Below, piece by piece: positions 19,708-28,722 of a stretch of 64,000 nucleotides of DNA. The position numbers were made by a program, and so were the translations under genes. Numbering within the stretch: the stretch's first letter is position 1; the number at the start of each line of letters is the position of its first letter. This DNA comes from an uncultured delta proteobacterium. Lineage in GTDB: Bacteria; Desulfobacterota; Desulfobaccia; Desulfobaccales; 0-14-0-80-60-11. Below the pieces are notes generated by a model, which had not been told where the DNA came from, made no database searches, and worked only from the letters and a program-made list of their open reading frames with translations. The stretch spans positions 1,376,001 through 1,440,000 of the forward strand of contig CAWETI010000003.1 of the NCBI GenBank assembly GCA_963812015.1, read 5' to 3'.

Positions 19708-20631
19708 TCAAAGGCCTTTCCGCATGGCCGCGACAATCTTGGGGACATTATTCTTAAACATATCACTATAGGTGGGAGCCGGCCCCTCCGGCTTTGATAA
19801 AGCGTCCGAATAGAGCTCTCCTCCTAAGTTCACCCCGCTTTCCTTGCCGATTTGCTCCACCAGGCGCGGATCGCTCACGTTCTCGATGAAGACCGCGGTG
19901 ATCTTTTCCTTACGGATCTGATTGATGAGCCTGGCGACCCCGCCGGCGGAGGGTTCGCTCTCCGTGCTGACGCCCATGGGGGAGAGAATGGTGACTCCGT
20001 AAGCCGCGCCGAGATAGCCGAAGGCGTCATGGGAAGTGATCATACGCCGTTTTGGCTGAGGTATGCTGGAGAATTCGGCCTTCACCCACTTGTCGAGTTC
20101 GCTGAGTTTGGCCTTATAGGCGTCGGCATTGGCCTGATAGAGGGAGGCGCCGGCCGGATCCACCGAACTGAGGGCCTTGGCGATGTCCTCCACATAAATC
20201 TGGCCGTTGGCCAAATCCTGCCAGGCATGTGGATCAATCTTATGTTGGTGTTTGGCGCCATACCGGGGTTCCTCGCCTGCCATTTCCCGAGGTTTAATCC
20301 CCTGGCTGGCCACCACGACCGGGCCCTTATAGCCGGAGGTCTTGATCAGGCGGTCCATCCAGCCCTCAAGACCCAGGCCATTGACAATGACCAGGTCGGC
20401 GGCGCTCACGGCCTTGGCATCGGCAGGAGTCGGCTCAAACACGTGGGCATCGCCATTGGGACCGACCAGGGTAGCAACCTCGACCCTAACGCCGCCGACA
20501 TTTTTAATCATATCGCCGAGGATGCTGAAGCTGGCAATAACCTTGACCTTTTTCTCGGCCCTGGCCTCAGTTCCGCCGCCAACGAGGAAGAGAGCCACGC
20601 AGAGTACGAGAATCCTGGTAATGACCGGCAT
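19708..20631 (-). CDS. znuA: Zn/Mn ABC transporter substrate-binding protein
   Basis: ASFSILGD, DAHVFEPTP, DPHAWQ, HDAFGY, LYSDAL. Confidence 0.88.
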   Translation of the reverse strand: MPVITRILVLCVALFLVGGGTEARAEKKVKVIASFSILGDMIKNVGGVRVEVATLVGPNGDAHVFEPTPADAKAVSAADLVIVNGLGLEGWMDRLIKTSGYKGPVVVASQGIKPREMAGEEPRYGAKHQHKIDPHAWQDLANGQIYVEDIAKALSSVDPAGASLYQANADAYKAKLSELDKWVKAEFSSIPQPKRRMITSHDAFGYLGAAYGVTILSPMGVSTESEPSAGGVARLINQIRKEKITAVFIENVSDPRLVEQIGKESGVNLGGELYSDALSKPEGPAPTYSDMFKNNVPKIVAAMRKGL

Positions 20632-20652
20632 AATCCTTCCTCCTGGCAAGGT

Positions 20653-21528
20653 TCAGCCCCCGAGATGAAGGCCTAACCTACGACGGCTGTAGATACTGCC
20701 GTGTACGCCAAAGATGACGGAGAAAATGTAACCAAAGCCCGCGGTGAGGATGATGGAAGGCCCGGAAGGCAGATTGACATGGAAGGAAAGCAGCAGGCCG
20801 GCATAGCCGGACAGCATGGCGATGAACACGGCCACCAAAGCCATGGACCAGGCCTGTTTGGCCCAGAAGCGGGAGGAGGCCGCCGGCAGCATCATCAGGC
20901 CCACCGCCATCAAGGTTCCCAAGGCCCGGAATCCCGCCACCAGGTTGAGGACCACCAGGACCAGGAAGATGAAATGCATCGCCCCCCCCCAGCCGCCCAC
21001 CGATCTCAAGTAGCCGGGATCGAAGCATTCGACGATGAGGGGCCGGTAGATAATCGCCAGGGTGAAAAGAGTGACGGAAGTAATGGAGGCGACCAGGACC
21101 AGGTCGGCATCATCCACCGCCAGAATGGTGCCGAACAGCACGTGGATGAGGTCGATGTTACTGCCGCGCAGGGAGACGATGAGAACGCCCATGGCCAGGG
21201 ACATGAGATACATTGCGGCAAAGCTCGCATCCTCACGTAACAGCGTGAAGCGCGCCACCGCCCCGGCCACCAGGGCCACGGCGAGGCCGGCGGCGATGCC
21301 TCCCAGGGTCATGGCATAGAGCGATAGACCGGAAACCAGGAAGCCGATCGCCACCCCGGGCAGCACCGCATGCGACAGGGCATCGCCCACCAGGCTCATG
21401 CGCTTGAGGACCAGCAGCACGCCGACGGGGCCGCACCCCAGGGCCAGGGCCATGCAGGCGACCAGGGCGTGGCGCATGAAGATGAAGTCCTGGAAGGGAG
21501 CCAGGAAGAAGCTGAAAAGATAGTTCAT
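20653..21528 (-). CDS. znuB: Zn/Mn ABC transporter permease
   Basis: GDALSHAVLPG, HVLFGTILAV, LPSGPSII. Confidence 0.88.
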   Translation of the reverse strand: MNYLFSFFLAPFQDFIFMRHALVACMALALGCGPVGVLLVLKRMSLVGDALSHAVLPGVAIGFLVSGLSLYAMTLGGIAAGLAVALVAGAVARFTLLREDASFAAMYLMSLAMGVLIVSLRGSNIDLIHVLFGTILAVDDADLVLVASITSVTLFTLAIIYRPLIVECFDPGYLRSVGGWGGAMHFIFLVLVVLNLVAGFRALGTLMAVGLMMLPAASSRFWAKQAWSMALVAVFIAMLSGYAGLLLSFHVNLPSGPSIILTAGFGYIFSVIFGVHGSIYSRRRLGLHLGG

Positions 21529-22268
21529 AACTCACTTATGCGGCAGACTTCCGCCGATTCGTCCCAGGCTTCAGACATCCGGCGGGCGCTTTGTAGATTC
21601 TCGGAAGTCAGGATCTCAGCCGTTGCTCCCCAACCGATGGGCTCCCGGGCGATCAAGAGGGTTCTGGGAAAGTAGGCTCGCACCTGCTCAAGGTTGTGAA
21701 GCACCGCGATGATCGTCCGATTTTCGGCGTGCCAGCTTTGGACCACGTCGAGGAGATCGGCCGTGGTCCGGGCATCGATCGCGGTGAAGGGTTCATCGAG
21801 AAGAATGACGGGACAGTCCTGGAGCAGCAGTCGGGCGAACAGGACCCGCTGGAACTGTCCGGCCGACAGATTACCGATGGGCCGGCGCTCGAACCCTTCC
21901 AGGCCCACTGCGGCCAGGGCCTGCCTGGCTTGCTGCCAATGTCCTGGCTTCATGCCGCCGAACATGCCGACGCGATGCCAGAGCCCCAGGGCCACGGTGT
22001 CCAGAACCGTTATCGGGAAACTCCGGTCGATCTCCGGCTGCTGCGGCAGGTAGGCGATCCGGGAAGTCTTGAGCCCCCCCCGGTCGATGCGACCGCCCAG
22101 GGGATGTAGCATGCCGGTAATTCCCTTCAGAAGGGTGCTTTTGCCTGAGCCATTCGGCCCGAATACCGCGGTCATCGATCCCGCCGCAAAAACGCCGGAC
22201 AGATGGTGTACGGCGGGATGCCCGTCATAACCCAGGGTGAGATCGTTCAGAACAATGGAATCCATCAT
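21525..22268 (-). CDS. znuC: Zn/Mn ABC transporter ATPase
   Basis: GPNGSGKST, YLPQ, LSAGQFQR, LLDEP, VLH. Confidence 0.88.
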   Translation of the reverse strand: MMDSIVLNDLTLGYDGHPAVHHLSGVFAAGSMTAVFGPNGSGKSTLLKGITGMLHPLGGRIDRGGLKTSRIAYLPQQPEIDRSFPITVLDTVALGLWHRVGMFGGMKPGHWQQARQALAAVGLEGFERRPIGNLSAGQFQRVLFARLLLQDCPVILLDEPFTAIDARTTADLLDVVQSWHAENRTIIAVLHNLEQVRAYFPRTLLIAREPIGWGATAEILTSENLQSARRMSEAWDESAEVCRISEL

Positions 22269-22274
22269 GTGGTT

Positions 22275-22463
22275 CTATGCCAGCCAGCCGACCGCCCAGG
22301 CGACCGATAGCCAAAGAAAGGCTGCGCCTGCGGCGGCAAAAATCAGACGGCCTTTGATGCTCCAACCCAGGGGAGATGCCCCAACTTTTTTAGGCGGCGG
22401 GCATGCCGTCATGATTTTCTGGACATGATCATGGTTATCAACGTGGCCAGGGTGATCGTTCAT
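22275..22463 (-). CDS. Small His-rich single-TM protein preceding znuC
   Basis: GGAAGG RBS; MNDHPGHVDNHDH N-terminus; hydrophobic C-terminus; stop 6 nt before the znuC start. Confidence 0.6.
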   Translation of the reverse strand: MNDHPGHVDNHDHVQKIMTACPPPKKVGASPLGWSIKGRLIFAAAGAAFLWLSVAWAVGWLA

Positions 22464-22525
22464 CGGTCTGGCCTTCCGGTGGTGAGCAGCATCTGGACCT
22501 CCAAGTGGTCGCGGCCTCATGCCAA

Positions 22526-22542
22526 GTGCAACCGAGTTGCCT
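22526..22542. promoter_or_regulatory. Putative Zur operator 1
   Basis: GTGCAAC-CGA-GTTGCCT palindrome upstream of the transporter genes. Confidence 0.65.
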
Positions 22543-22563
22543 TTAAATGCGGAGACGATCAGT

Positions 22564-22995
22564 TCAGATCGCCACCCGGCATTTGTGGCAGAGTCCTTCT
22601 ATCCGAATTTCAATGTGATCCGCCCGGTTGCCCACGGGCCCCCGCAACTCCGTCCACATCCGGGATAAGGCCACCGGGTCCAGGCACTGTACTTCCCGGC
22701 AGACCTGGCACTGGAAGTGAGGATGGGGCGGGTGATGCTCGCAGGCCAGTTCAAAGTGGCTCACCCGACCCTCCAGGGAGAGTTTGCGCACCATGCCCCG
22801 CCGGGTAAAATCCTCCAGGATACGGTACACGGTGACCTTGTTCACCCGGCGGCGGGTGCGGATCATCTCCAGGATCTCCCGGGCCCGAAGGGCCCGGCGG
22901 GCGTCACCAAGAATCTCCAGGAGCGCCAACCGCACTGGCGTGGCCCGCAGCCCCTCTTGGGAGAGCCACCGAGTAAAATTGCAATGATCACTCAT
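22564..22995 (-). CDS. zur: Fur-family regulator, probably Zur
   Basis: GLRATPVR, TVYRIL, HHPPHPHFQCQVC, GLCHKC; adjacent to a Zn/Mn ABC operon. Confidence 0.8.
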   Translation of the reverse strand: MSDHCNFTRWLSQEGLRATPVRLALLEILGDARRALRAREILEMIRTRRRVNKVTVYRILEDFTRRGMVRKLSLEGRVSHFELACEHHPPHPHFQCQVCREVQCLDPVALSRMWTELRGPVGNRADHIEIRIEGLCHKCRVAI

Positions 22996-23014
22996 GGGTA
23001 ATCTTGTACTCGAA

Positions 23015-23031
23015 AATCAACTGAGTTGCAA
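23015..23031. promoter_or_regulatory. Putative Zur operator 2 (autoregulation)
   Basis: AATCAAC-TGA-GTTGCAA, same architecture as operator 1, about 20 bp upstream of the regulator start. Confidence 0.55.
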
Positions 23032-23132
23032 GTATATTGTTGGGGGAAAAGTCGGCAAGAGGGCAGGGGGATCAGGGGCATATGCTGTTGCGGTGGTGAG
23101 TTGGGGTCGATTCAACCCCCAGGGGTGAGGGG

Positions 23133-23777
23133 CTATCGGGCCAACTCGAGGGAGGGCTGGGGCGGCACCGGAACTTCGCCTGCGGTTTCCGGGGAAGCCG
23201 CAGTTGCCGGAGCGATGCGGCGCAAGACCTCGAGCTCCTTGAGAATTCGGGCCAGGCTGGCCTCGGGGTTTTCGGCGCCGGTCGTGACTTCGATATCCGG
23301 CCGCGCCGGGGTCTCAAAGACGTCGTCAATTCCGGTAAAATGAAGAATTTCACCGGCCAGAGCCTTCCGATATAGGCCTTTGGGATCGCGGCTGATGCAG
23401 ACTTCCAGGGGGCAGTTGAGGTAGACTTCGACATATTCGCCGATGATGGCCCGGACTTCTTCCCGAATCGCGTGGTAGGGACAGATCGCCGCGACGATGG
23501 TCACTACCTGTTGTCGGACCAGGGTTTGCGCCATGGTGGCAATGCGCCGCAGGTTGGTGGCCCGGTCTCCGGGGGTAAAGCCCAACCCCTTGCTCAGGGT
23601 GGTCCGCACGATATCACCGTCCAGAATCTCAACCTTGAGGCCCCGTTCCGTGAGCGCTTCGGCCAGCAGGCGGGCCAAGGTGGTTTTCCCCGAGGCGCTC
23701 AATCCCAGCAACCAGACGCAAAACGCCCCATTCCCGGCAGCCGATTGTTCAGAAACATCCCCCGATGAATTGTGCAA
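23133..23777 (-). CDS. cysC: Adenylyl-sulfate kinase
   Basis: WLLGLSASGKTT, LDGDIVR, RDPKGLY, FTGIDD; TTG start chosen from a GAGGA RBS. Confidence 0.9.
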   Translation of the reverse strand: MHNSSGDVSEQSAAGNGAFCVWLLGLSASGKTTLARLLAEALTERGLKVEILDGDIVRTTLSKGLGFTPGDRATNLRRIATMAQTLVRQQVVTIVAAICPYHAIREEVRAIIGEYVEVYLNCPLEVCISRDPKGLYRKALAGEILHFTGIDDVFETPARPDIEVTTGAENPEASLARILKELEVLRRIAPATAASPETAGEVPVPPQPSLELAR

Positions 23778-24036
23778 ATCTCCGGTTCCTCGCTCTTTCT
23801 GAAAGTTTCTTTGCCAGCCTCTGGCGCTCTCTATTATAACCGGGGGTGGTGCGAGAAGAAAGCCTTTAAGAGCTCCCCTGCTCTTCGGGGCAGGGAGCAG
23901 GCGAGGCCAGCCGGCGTTACGGCCCGGAAGTTTGGCGAATTTACCGGCCCTCCCGGGAACCAGCTTTAACTTGGCAAGTTCGCGTGATTCGGAACAAAAA
24001 ATTGAATCTCGGGAGTAATGCACGATATTTTAGTAA

Positions 24037-24049
24037 AATCAATAAGTTA
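24037..24049 (+). promoter_or_regulatory. IHF-binding site
   Basis: AATCAATAAGTTA exactly matches WATCAANNNNTTR in AT-rich context. Confidence 0.6.
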
Positions 24050-24161
24050 AAAAAATCTGACTTCCAGCCGGGGGTGCCGTGGTATAAATAATTGAACCGG
24101 GGTGAAATCGCTAAAACGCTAACCTATTGGAAAATCAACTATAAAAAGGTATTGGCTTATG

Positions 24162-24177
24162 TGGCACGCTTGCTGCA
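24162..24177 (+). promoter_or_regulatory. Sigma54 (-24/-12) promoter
   Basis: TGGCACGCTTGCTGCA versus consensus TGGCACG-N4-TTGCW: one mismatch, exact GG-N10-GC spacing. Confidence 0.75.
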
Positions 24178-24188
24178 TGTATATATAA

Positions 24189-24303
24189 ACGTATATGGAC
24201 CCTATTAAGGTACCCACATCCCCCCCTTAATCAAAGTTCATATACCATTTTCTCCTTTCACCGACTGGCCGGATTCCTCCCCCATCCGGCCAGTTACTTT
24301 TTT
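24189..24303 (+). ncRNA. Candidate sigma54-dependent small RNA with two C-rich hairpin loops
   Basis: Stem 24191-24245 with loop TACCCACATCCCCC; pyrimidine linker; 12-bp stem 24263-24295 with loop TCCTCCCCC; T6 tail; no credible ORF. Confidence 0.65.
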
Positions 24304-24369
24304 GGCCCCTCCATCGCTTCCCCGTCGAGACGACAAGGCCGGCGGCCCCCCTGGATCCCACGGCTCCGA

Positions 24370-24732
24370 TTACGGCGCCGGCGATTCTGCCTGGAGGGCC
24401 AAAACCTTCTCGCAACACTCCTCATCGCTGATGCGGCCGGCAAAAAACTCCTGCAGGGTGGTCAGGAAGGGGTTGGACGCGAAGAACTCCTGAAACCCCA
24501 CCCGGTCACCCAGGTCGGGGAACTGCAAGGGGACTTTGAAGTGGGTCGCCATTTCCCGGAACATCTCCAACTGCTGGAACTCCGCCTGGCGCATCTGGGC
24601 TTCAATCTGAAAGAGCAGCTTGCGCAGCTTTAGCAAGTAGTCTTGCCGTTCCTGGTGTTCCCGGTTCTTGTGCCGCAGAAAGTTCACGTGCTGCTGCCGC
24701 ACCAGGGTGGCGTAAGGGATAATTTTGCTCAT
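24370..24732 (-). CDS. Hypothetical helical protein
   Basis: AGGAG RBS, GC3 bias, 120 aa. Confidence 0.75.
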   Translation of the reverse strand: MSKIIPYATLVRQQHVNFLRHKNREHQERQDYLLKLRKLLFQIEAQMRQAEFQQLEMFREMATHFKVPLQFPDLGDRVGFQEFFASNPFLTTLQEFFAGRISDEECCEKVLALQAESPAP

Positions 24733-24807
24733 GGCCCGCACTTCTCCTGGGGAAAATGTATCATCTCACCTTGCGGATTCAAGCGAAAAAGGGTAATTTT
24801 TTAGTTT

Positions 24808-25197
24808 ATGAGCGAACCAGCCAAACTAGATTTCGACAAAATGGGTGGTCTTCTGCCGGCCATCGTGCAGGACGCGGCCACAGGCGACGTACTGATGCTG
24901 GCGTTTATGAACCGGGAGGCCTGGGAACGCACCCTGGCCACCGGCGAGGCCCATTACTACAGCCGCACCCGCCAGACGATCTGGCACAAGGGCGGCACCT
25001 CCGGGCACGTCCAACGGGTTCAGGAGATCTACCTGGACTGCGACCGGGACACCCTGCTCCTGAAGGTGGAGCAGGTGGGCGGGGCCGCCTGCCATACCGG
25101 GCACCGGAGCTGCTTCCACCGCCGTCGGCAGGGGGATGACTGGCAGGTGGTGGGCTCCCCAATCTTTGATCCCAAGGAGGTATATGGGGGTGGATAA
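24808..25197 (+). CDS. hisI: Phosphoribosyl-AMP cyclohydrolase
   Basis: [26 protein letters not shown]. Confidence 0.95.
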   Translation: MSEPAKLDFDKMGGLLPAIVQDAATGDVLMLAFMNREAWERTLATGEAHYYSRTRQTIWHKGGTSGHVQRVQEIYLDCDRDTLLLKVEQVGGAACHTGHRSCFHRRRQGDDWQVVGSPIFDPKEVYGGG

Positions 25198-26065
25198 GCT
25201 GCGGTTGGGCCTACCCAAGGGCAGTCTGGAGAAAGCGACCCTGGAACTCTTCCGGCGTTCCGGTTGGCATATTCAGGTCAATGGCCGAAGTTATTTTCCC
25301 GATATCGACGACCCGGAGATCACCTGCTCCATGTGCCGGGCCCAGGAGATGAGCCGCTACGTCGAAAACGGCACCCTGGACTGCGGCATCACCGGCCGGG
25401 ACTGGACCATGGAGAACGACTCCAAGGTCACGGTGGTGGCGGACCTGATGTATTCCAAAACCAGCCTCAACCCGGTGCGCTGGGTGGTGGCGGTGCCGGC
25501 GGATTCCGAGATCCGTTCCCTGCGGGACCTGGCCGGCAAGAAGATCGCCACCGAACTGGTGAACTACACCCGGCGCTATTTCGCCGAGCGCCAGATCCCG
25601 GTCACGGTGGAGTTTTCCTGGGGCGCCACCGAAGCCAAGGTGGCCGCGGGGCTGGCCGACGCCATCGTCGAGGTCACCGAGACCGGTAGCACCATCAAGG
25701 CCCACGGCCTCAAGATCGTCCACGAGCTCTTCCAGAGTAACACCCAGTTCATCGCCAACCCCCAGGTGTGGGAGTCCAGCGCCGTCAAGCGGGAGCAGAT
25801 GGAAAACCTCACCCTGCTGCTCCTGGGGGCCCTCCGGGCCGAACGGATGGTGGGCCTGAAGATGAACATCCCGGAGCAGCAGTTGAAGGACATCATCACC
25901 CTGCTTCCCAGCCTCTTGGCCCCCACCATCGCCAGCCTGTATGAGACCGACTGGTACTCGGTGGAAGTGGTGGTGAACCAGGGGGAGGTCCGGACCCTCA
26001 TCCCCCGCCTCATCCGGGCCGGGGCCCAGGGCATCGTGGAGTATCCGCTGCACAAGGTTATTTAG
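25184..26065 (+). CDS. hisG: ATP phosphoribosyltransferase, long form
   Basis: [26 protein letters not shown]-terminal regulatory domain. Confidence 0.95.
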   Translation: MGVDKLRLGLPKGSLEKATLELFRRSGWHIQVNGRSYFPDIDDPEITCSMCRAQEMSRYVENGTLDCGITGRDWTMENDSKVTVVADLMYSKTSLNPVRWVVAVPADSEIRSLRDLAGKKIATELVNYTRRYFAERQIPVTVEFSWGATEAKVAAGLADAIVEVTETGSTIKAHGLKIVHELFQSNTQFIANPQVWESSAVKREQMENLTLLLLGALRAERMVGLKMNIPEQQLKDIITLLPSLLAPTIASLYETDWYSVEVVVNQGEVRTLIPRLIRAGAQGIVEYPLHKVI

Positions 26066-26247
26066 CAGACACGTTGGGATAATCGGAAGCGTTTTTTTCC
26101 GATTGACGTTAGGGCGGGAACAGTCCGGCGAGATGAGGAAAGGCAGGGTCTTTGGACCCTGCCTTTTGTATTTCTCACAGCAAAGTTGGGGGTATTTGCC
26201 GAACCTGTGGCGGTAGCCGGCCGAATCCGAGGGACCGGGTGATGCCG

Positions 26248-26679
26248 CTACTTCCTTTCTGCCGCCTTTTTCTTCATCAGTTCGATGAAGTCCGGATCAA
26301 TACCATATCCCAGGCTCTTGGCCTTCTGCAAATCCGCGACGGCTTGGTCGAATTTCTCCTGCTTCTCGAGGATCATGGCCCGCTGGTAGTAAGCCCGCCC
26401 GAAATTGGGGTTCTGCTTGATGACTTGTTCGCACAGTTGCAGAGCTTGAGCGTTGTTGCCCTTGGCGTAATAGACGGTGGCTTTATAGGAGATGAGGGCC
26501 GGGTCGTTGGGCTTGAGCTTCAAGGCCTGATCAAAGGCCTGGAGGGCCTGGTCGTAACGTCCCGCCTGGCTGGCCTGCATCCCCTGGTCGATGTAGCTTT
26601 GGACGTTCTGGGCCGAGCTCCATTCCGGCAGCAGGAGCAGCAAGAGTAAAACCAAGACGGCATATGGCACTCGCTTCAT
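26248..26679 (-). CDS. Secreted TPR-repeat protein
   Basis: Signal peptide MKRVPYAVLVLLLLLLLPEWSSA and three TPR-like repeats. Confidence 0.85.
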   Translation of the reverse strand: MKRVPYAVLVLLLLLLLPEWSSAQNVQSYIDQGMQASQAGRYDQALQAFDQALKLKPNDPALISYKATVYYAKGNNAQALQLCEQVIKQNPNFGRAYYQRAMILEKQEKFDQAVADLQKAKSLGYGIDPDFIELMKKKAAERK

Positions 26680-26840
26680 CGCTTGAAGTCCTCCTGTTTC
26701 GAAAAGTTCAAAGTTCAAGGTTCAAAATTCAAGGTTGGGAATATGCCCATCAGGAATTTTTCATCATTTACTGGTGGGCCGAAGGCTCATGAATTACTGT
26801 CTAAGTTAATCGCAATATTCCGAAATAATCAAGGCCTCGG

Positions 26841-28616
26841 TTACACGGAACAGAGACGGCATTCTTCGGCAAACTCGTGGGCCAGGGTGAGGGCCGCGGT
26901 CCCGGCCGGCAGGCTGAGAACCTGGCCGGCTTTGGAGCCGTACCGGTAGACGGTGATGCCTTTGAGTCCCAGGTTAAATGCCAGTTGGAAGGCGGCGGCC
27001 ACGTCCTCCCGGGTGGCCTCCGGGGCCAGGTTGATGGTCTTGGAGACGGCGTTGTCCACGTGGCGTTGAAACGCAGCCTGCATCCGCACCTGGTGTTCCA
27101 CGCTCACTTCGAAGGTGGTGGGGAAAAGCCGTCTGATCTCCTCCGGCAGCGCCGTTAGAGGGCGCACCCGCCCGGAGGCCAGCACCCGGGGCACCCATTC
27201 TGTTTCCGATAAGCCCGCCTGGGCCAGTTTCTCCAGGAACAGGGGGTGGATCTCCTCGAACTCCTCCCCTTCCAGGGCCCGGCGGCGGTAGGCCACCGCG
27301 AAGAGGGGCTCGATGCCGCTGGAGGTCCCGGCGATGATGCTGATGGTGCCGGTGGGGGCGATGGTGGTGACCGTGGCGTTTCGCCGGGGCGGCCGGCCTG
27401 ACTGGCACCAGCGGCTGCGGGAAAAATTGGGGAAGGGGCCCCGATGTTTGGCCAGAATCTGGGATTGGCTTACGGCCCGGTCCTGGATGCGGGATATGAT
27501 GGTTTCGGCGAGCGTCAGGGCCTCCGGGGAATCGTAGGCGAGGCCCAGCTTAACGAACAAGTCCGCCAGACCCATGACTCCCAGGCCGATCTTGCGGTTG
27601 GCGTGGGTGATGGCGGTGATCTCGGGGAGGGGGTAGTGGCTCTGGTCGATGACGTCGTCCAGAAAGGTCACTCCCAGGGCCACTAGGCGGTCCAGGGCGT
27701 CCCAGTCCAGACCCCCCCCTCTGACCAGGGTGGACAGGTTGATGGAACCCAGGTTACAGGATTCGTAGGCCAGGAGGGGCTGCTCGCCGCAGGGGTTGGT
27801 GGCTTCCAGTTCGCCGACCTCCGGGGTGGGGTTGGCCCGCTCCATGGCATCCAGAAAAATCAGACCCGGGTCTCCCGTGGTCAGGGCCGCGTTGCAGATG
27901 AGATCGAAAACCTCCCGGGCCTTGAGCCGCTGCACTTCCAGGCCGGTTCGGGGGTTGATCAGGGGATAGCTGTCATCCGCGGCTACACGATGCATGAAGT
28001 CGTCGGTGACGGCCACGGACAGGTTGAAATTGGTGAGCATCTTGGGGTCGGACTTGGCAGTGATGAACTCCAGGATGTCCGGGTGATCCACCCGGAGGAT
28101 GCCCATGTTGGCGCCCCGGCGGCGTCCCCCCTGTTTCACCACGTCCGTGGTGGTGTCAAAGATGCGCATGAAGCCCACCGGGCCGGAGGCCACCCGGCCG
28201 GTGCTCTTAACCTGGTCGCCCCGGGGGCGCAGGTGGCTGAAGTTGAAGCCGGTGCCCCCGCCGGTCTGGTGGATCAGGGCCATGTCCCGCACGCCCTCCA
28301 GGATGCTGCGCATGTCATCGTGGATGGGGATGACGAAGCAGGCGGCCAACTGGCCCCGGGGCAGGCCGGCGTTGGTAAGGGTCGGGGTGTTGGGGAGAAA
28401 TTGCCAGGAGGCCATGGCTTCATAAAAGGCCTCGGCCTGGCGGGCCTGCGCCTCAGGACCGCCGTAGCGCGCTTCCGCCGCGGCCACACCCTGGGCCACC
28501 CGGCGAAACAACTCATCCGGGGTCTCCACCACCCGGCCCTCGGGGTCCCGGCGCAGGTAGCGTTCGGTCAGGACCCGGGCGGCGATGGGGCGGAATTGGG
28601 GCGGCGAAATGGTCAT
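26841..28616 (-). CDS. nrdJ: Class II (adenosylcobalamin-dependent) ribonucleotide reductase
   Basis: FLPNTPTL, LAACFV, ATNPCGEQPL, TIAPTGT, C-terminal CRLC; no beta subunit nearby. Confidence 0.9.
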   Translation of the reverse strand: MTISPPQFRPIAARVLTERYLRRDPEGRVVETPDELFRRVAQGVAAAEARYGGPEAQARQAEAFYEAMASWQFLPNTPTLTNAGLPRGQLAACFVIPIHDDMRSILEGVRDMALIHQTGGGTGFNFSHLRPRGDQVKSTGRVASGPVGFMRIFDTTTDVVKQGGRRRGANMGILRVDHPDILEFITAKSDPKMLTNFNLSVAVTDDFMHRVAADDSYPLINPRTGLEVQRLKAREVFDLICNAALTTGDPGLIFLDAMERANPTPEVGELEATNPCGEQPLLAYESCNLGSINLSTLVRGGGLDWDALDRLVALGVTFLDDVIDQSHYPLPEITAITHANRKIGLGVMGLADLFVKLGLAYDSPEALTLAETIISRIQDRAVSQSQILAKHRGPFPNFSRSRWCQSGRPPRRNATVTTIAPTGTISIIAGTSSGIEPLFAVAYRRRALEGEEFEEIHPLFLEKLAQAGLSETEWVPRVLASGRVRPLTALPEEIRRLFPTTFEVSVEHQVRMQAAFQRHVDNAVSKTINLAPEATREDVAAAFQLAFNLGLKGITVYRYGSKAGQVLSLPAGTAALTLAHEFAEECRLCSV

Positions 28617-28722
28617 GAACCAGACCTCAAATGATTAACCGCATAAATCGGCACTAGTCGTGGCATGGCGATGGGTTTAACCGGTTGCATTTCCCAAGGT
28701 TACGAACCGACCGAAACCGGTA

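Noticed and set aside
23778..24023. 82-aa N-terminal extension of CysC from the ORF track
   Set aside because: Non-coding-like composition with hairpins; a better RBS and start lie at 23777
24195..24230. 11-codon ORF (MDPIKVPTSPP) inside the candidate sRNA
   Set aside because: ATG is about 6 nt from the predicted start, has no RBS and is buried in a stem; cannot be fully excluded
28617..28722. NrdR box or cobalamin riboswitch upstream of nrdJ
   Set aside because: CACTAGTCGTGG fits the NrdR consensus poorly and the gap is too short for the riboswitch
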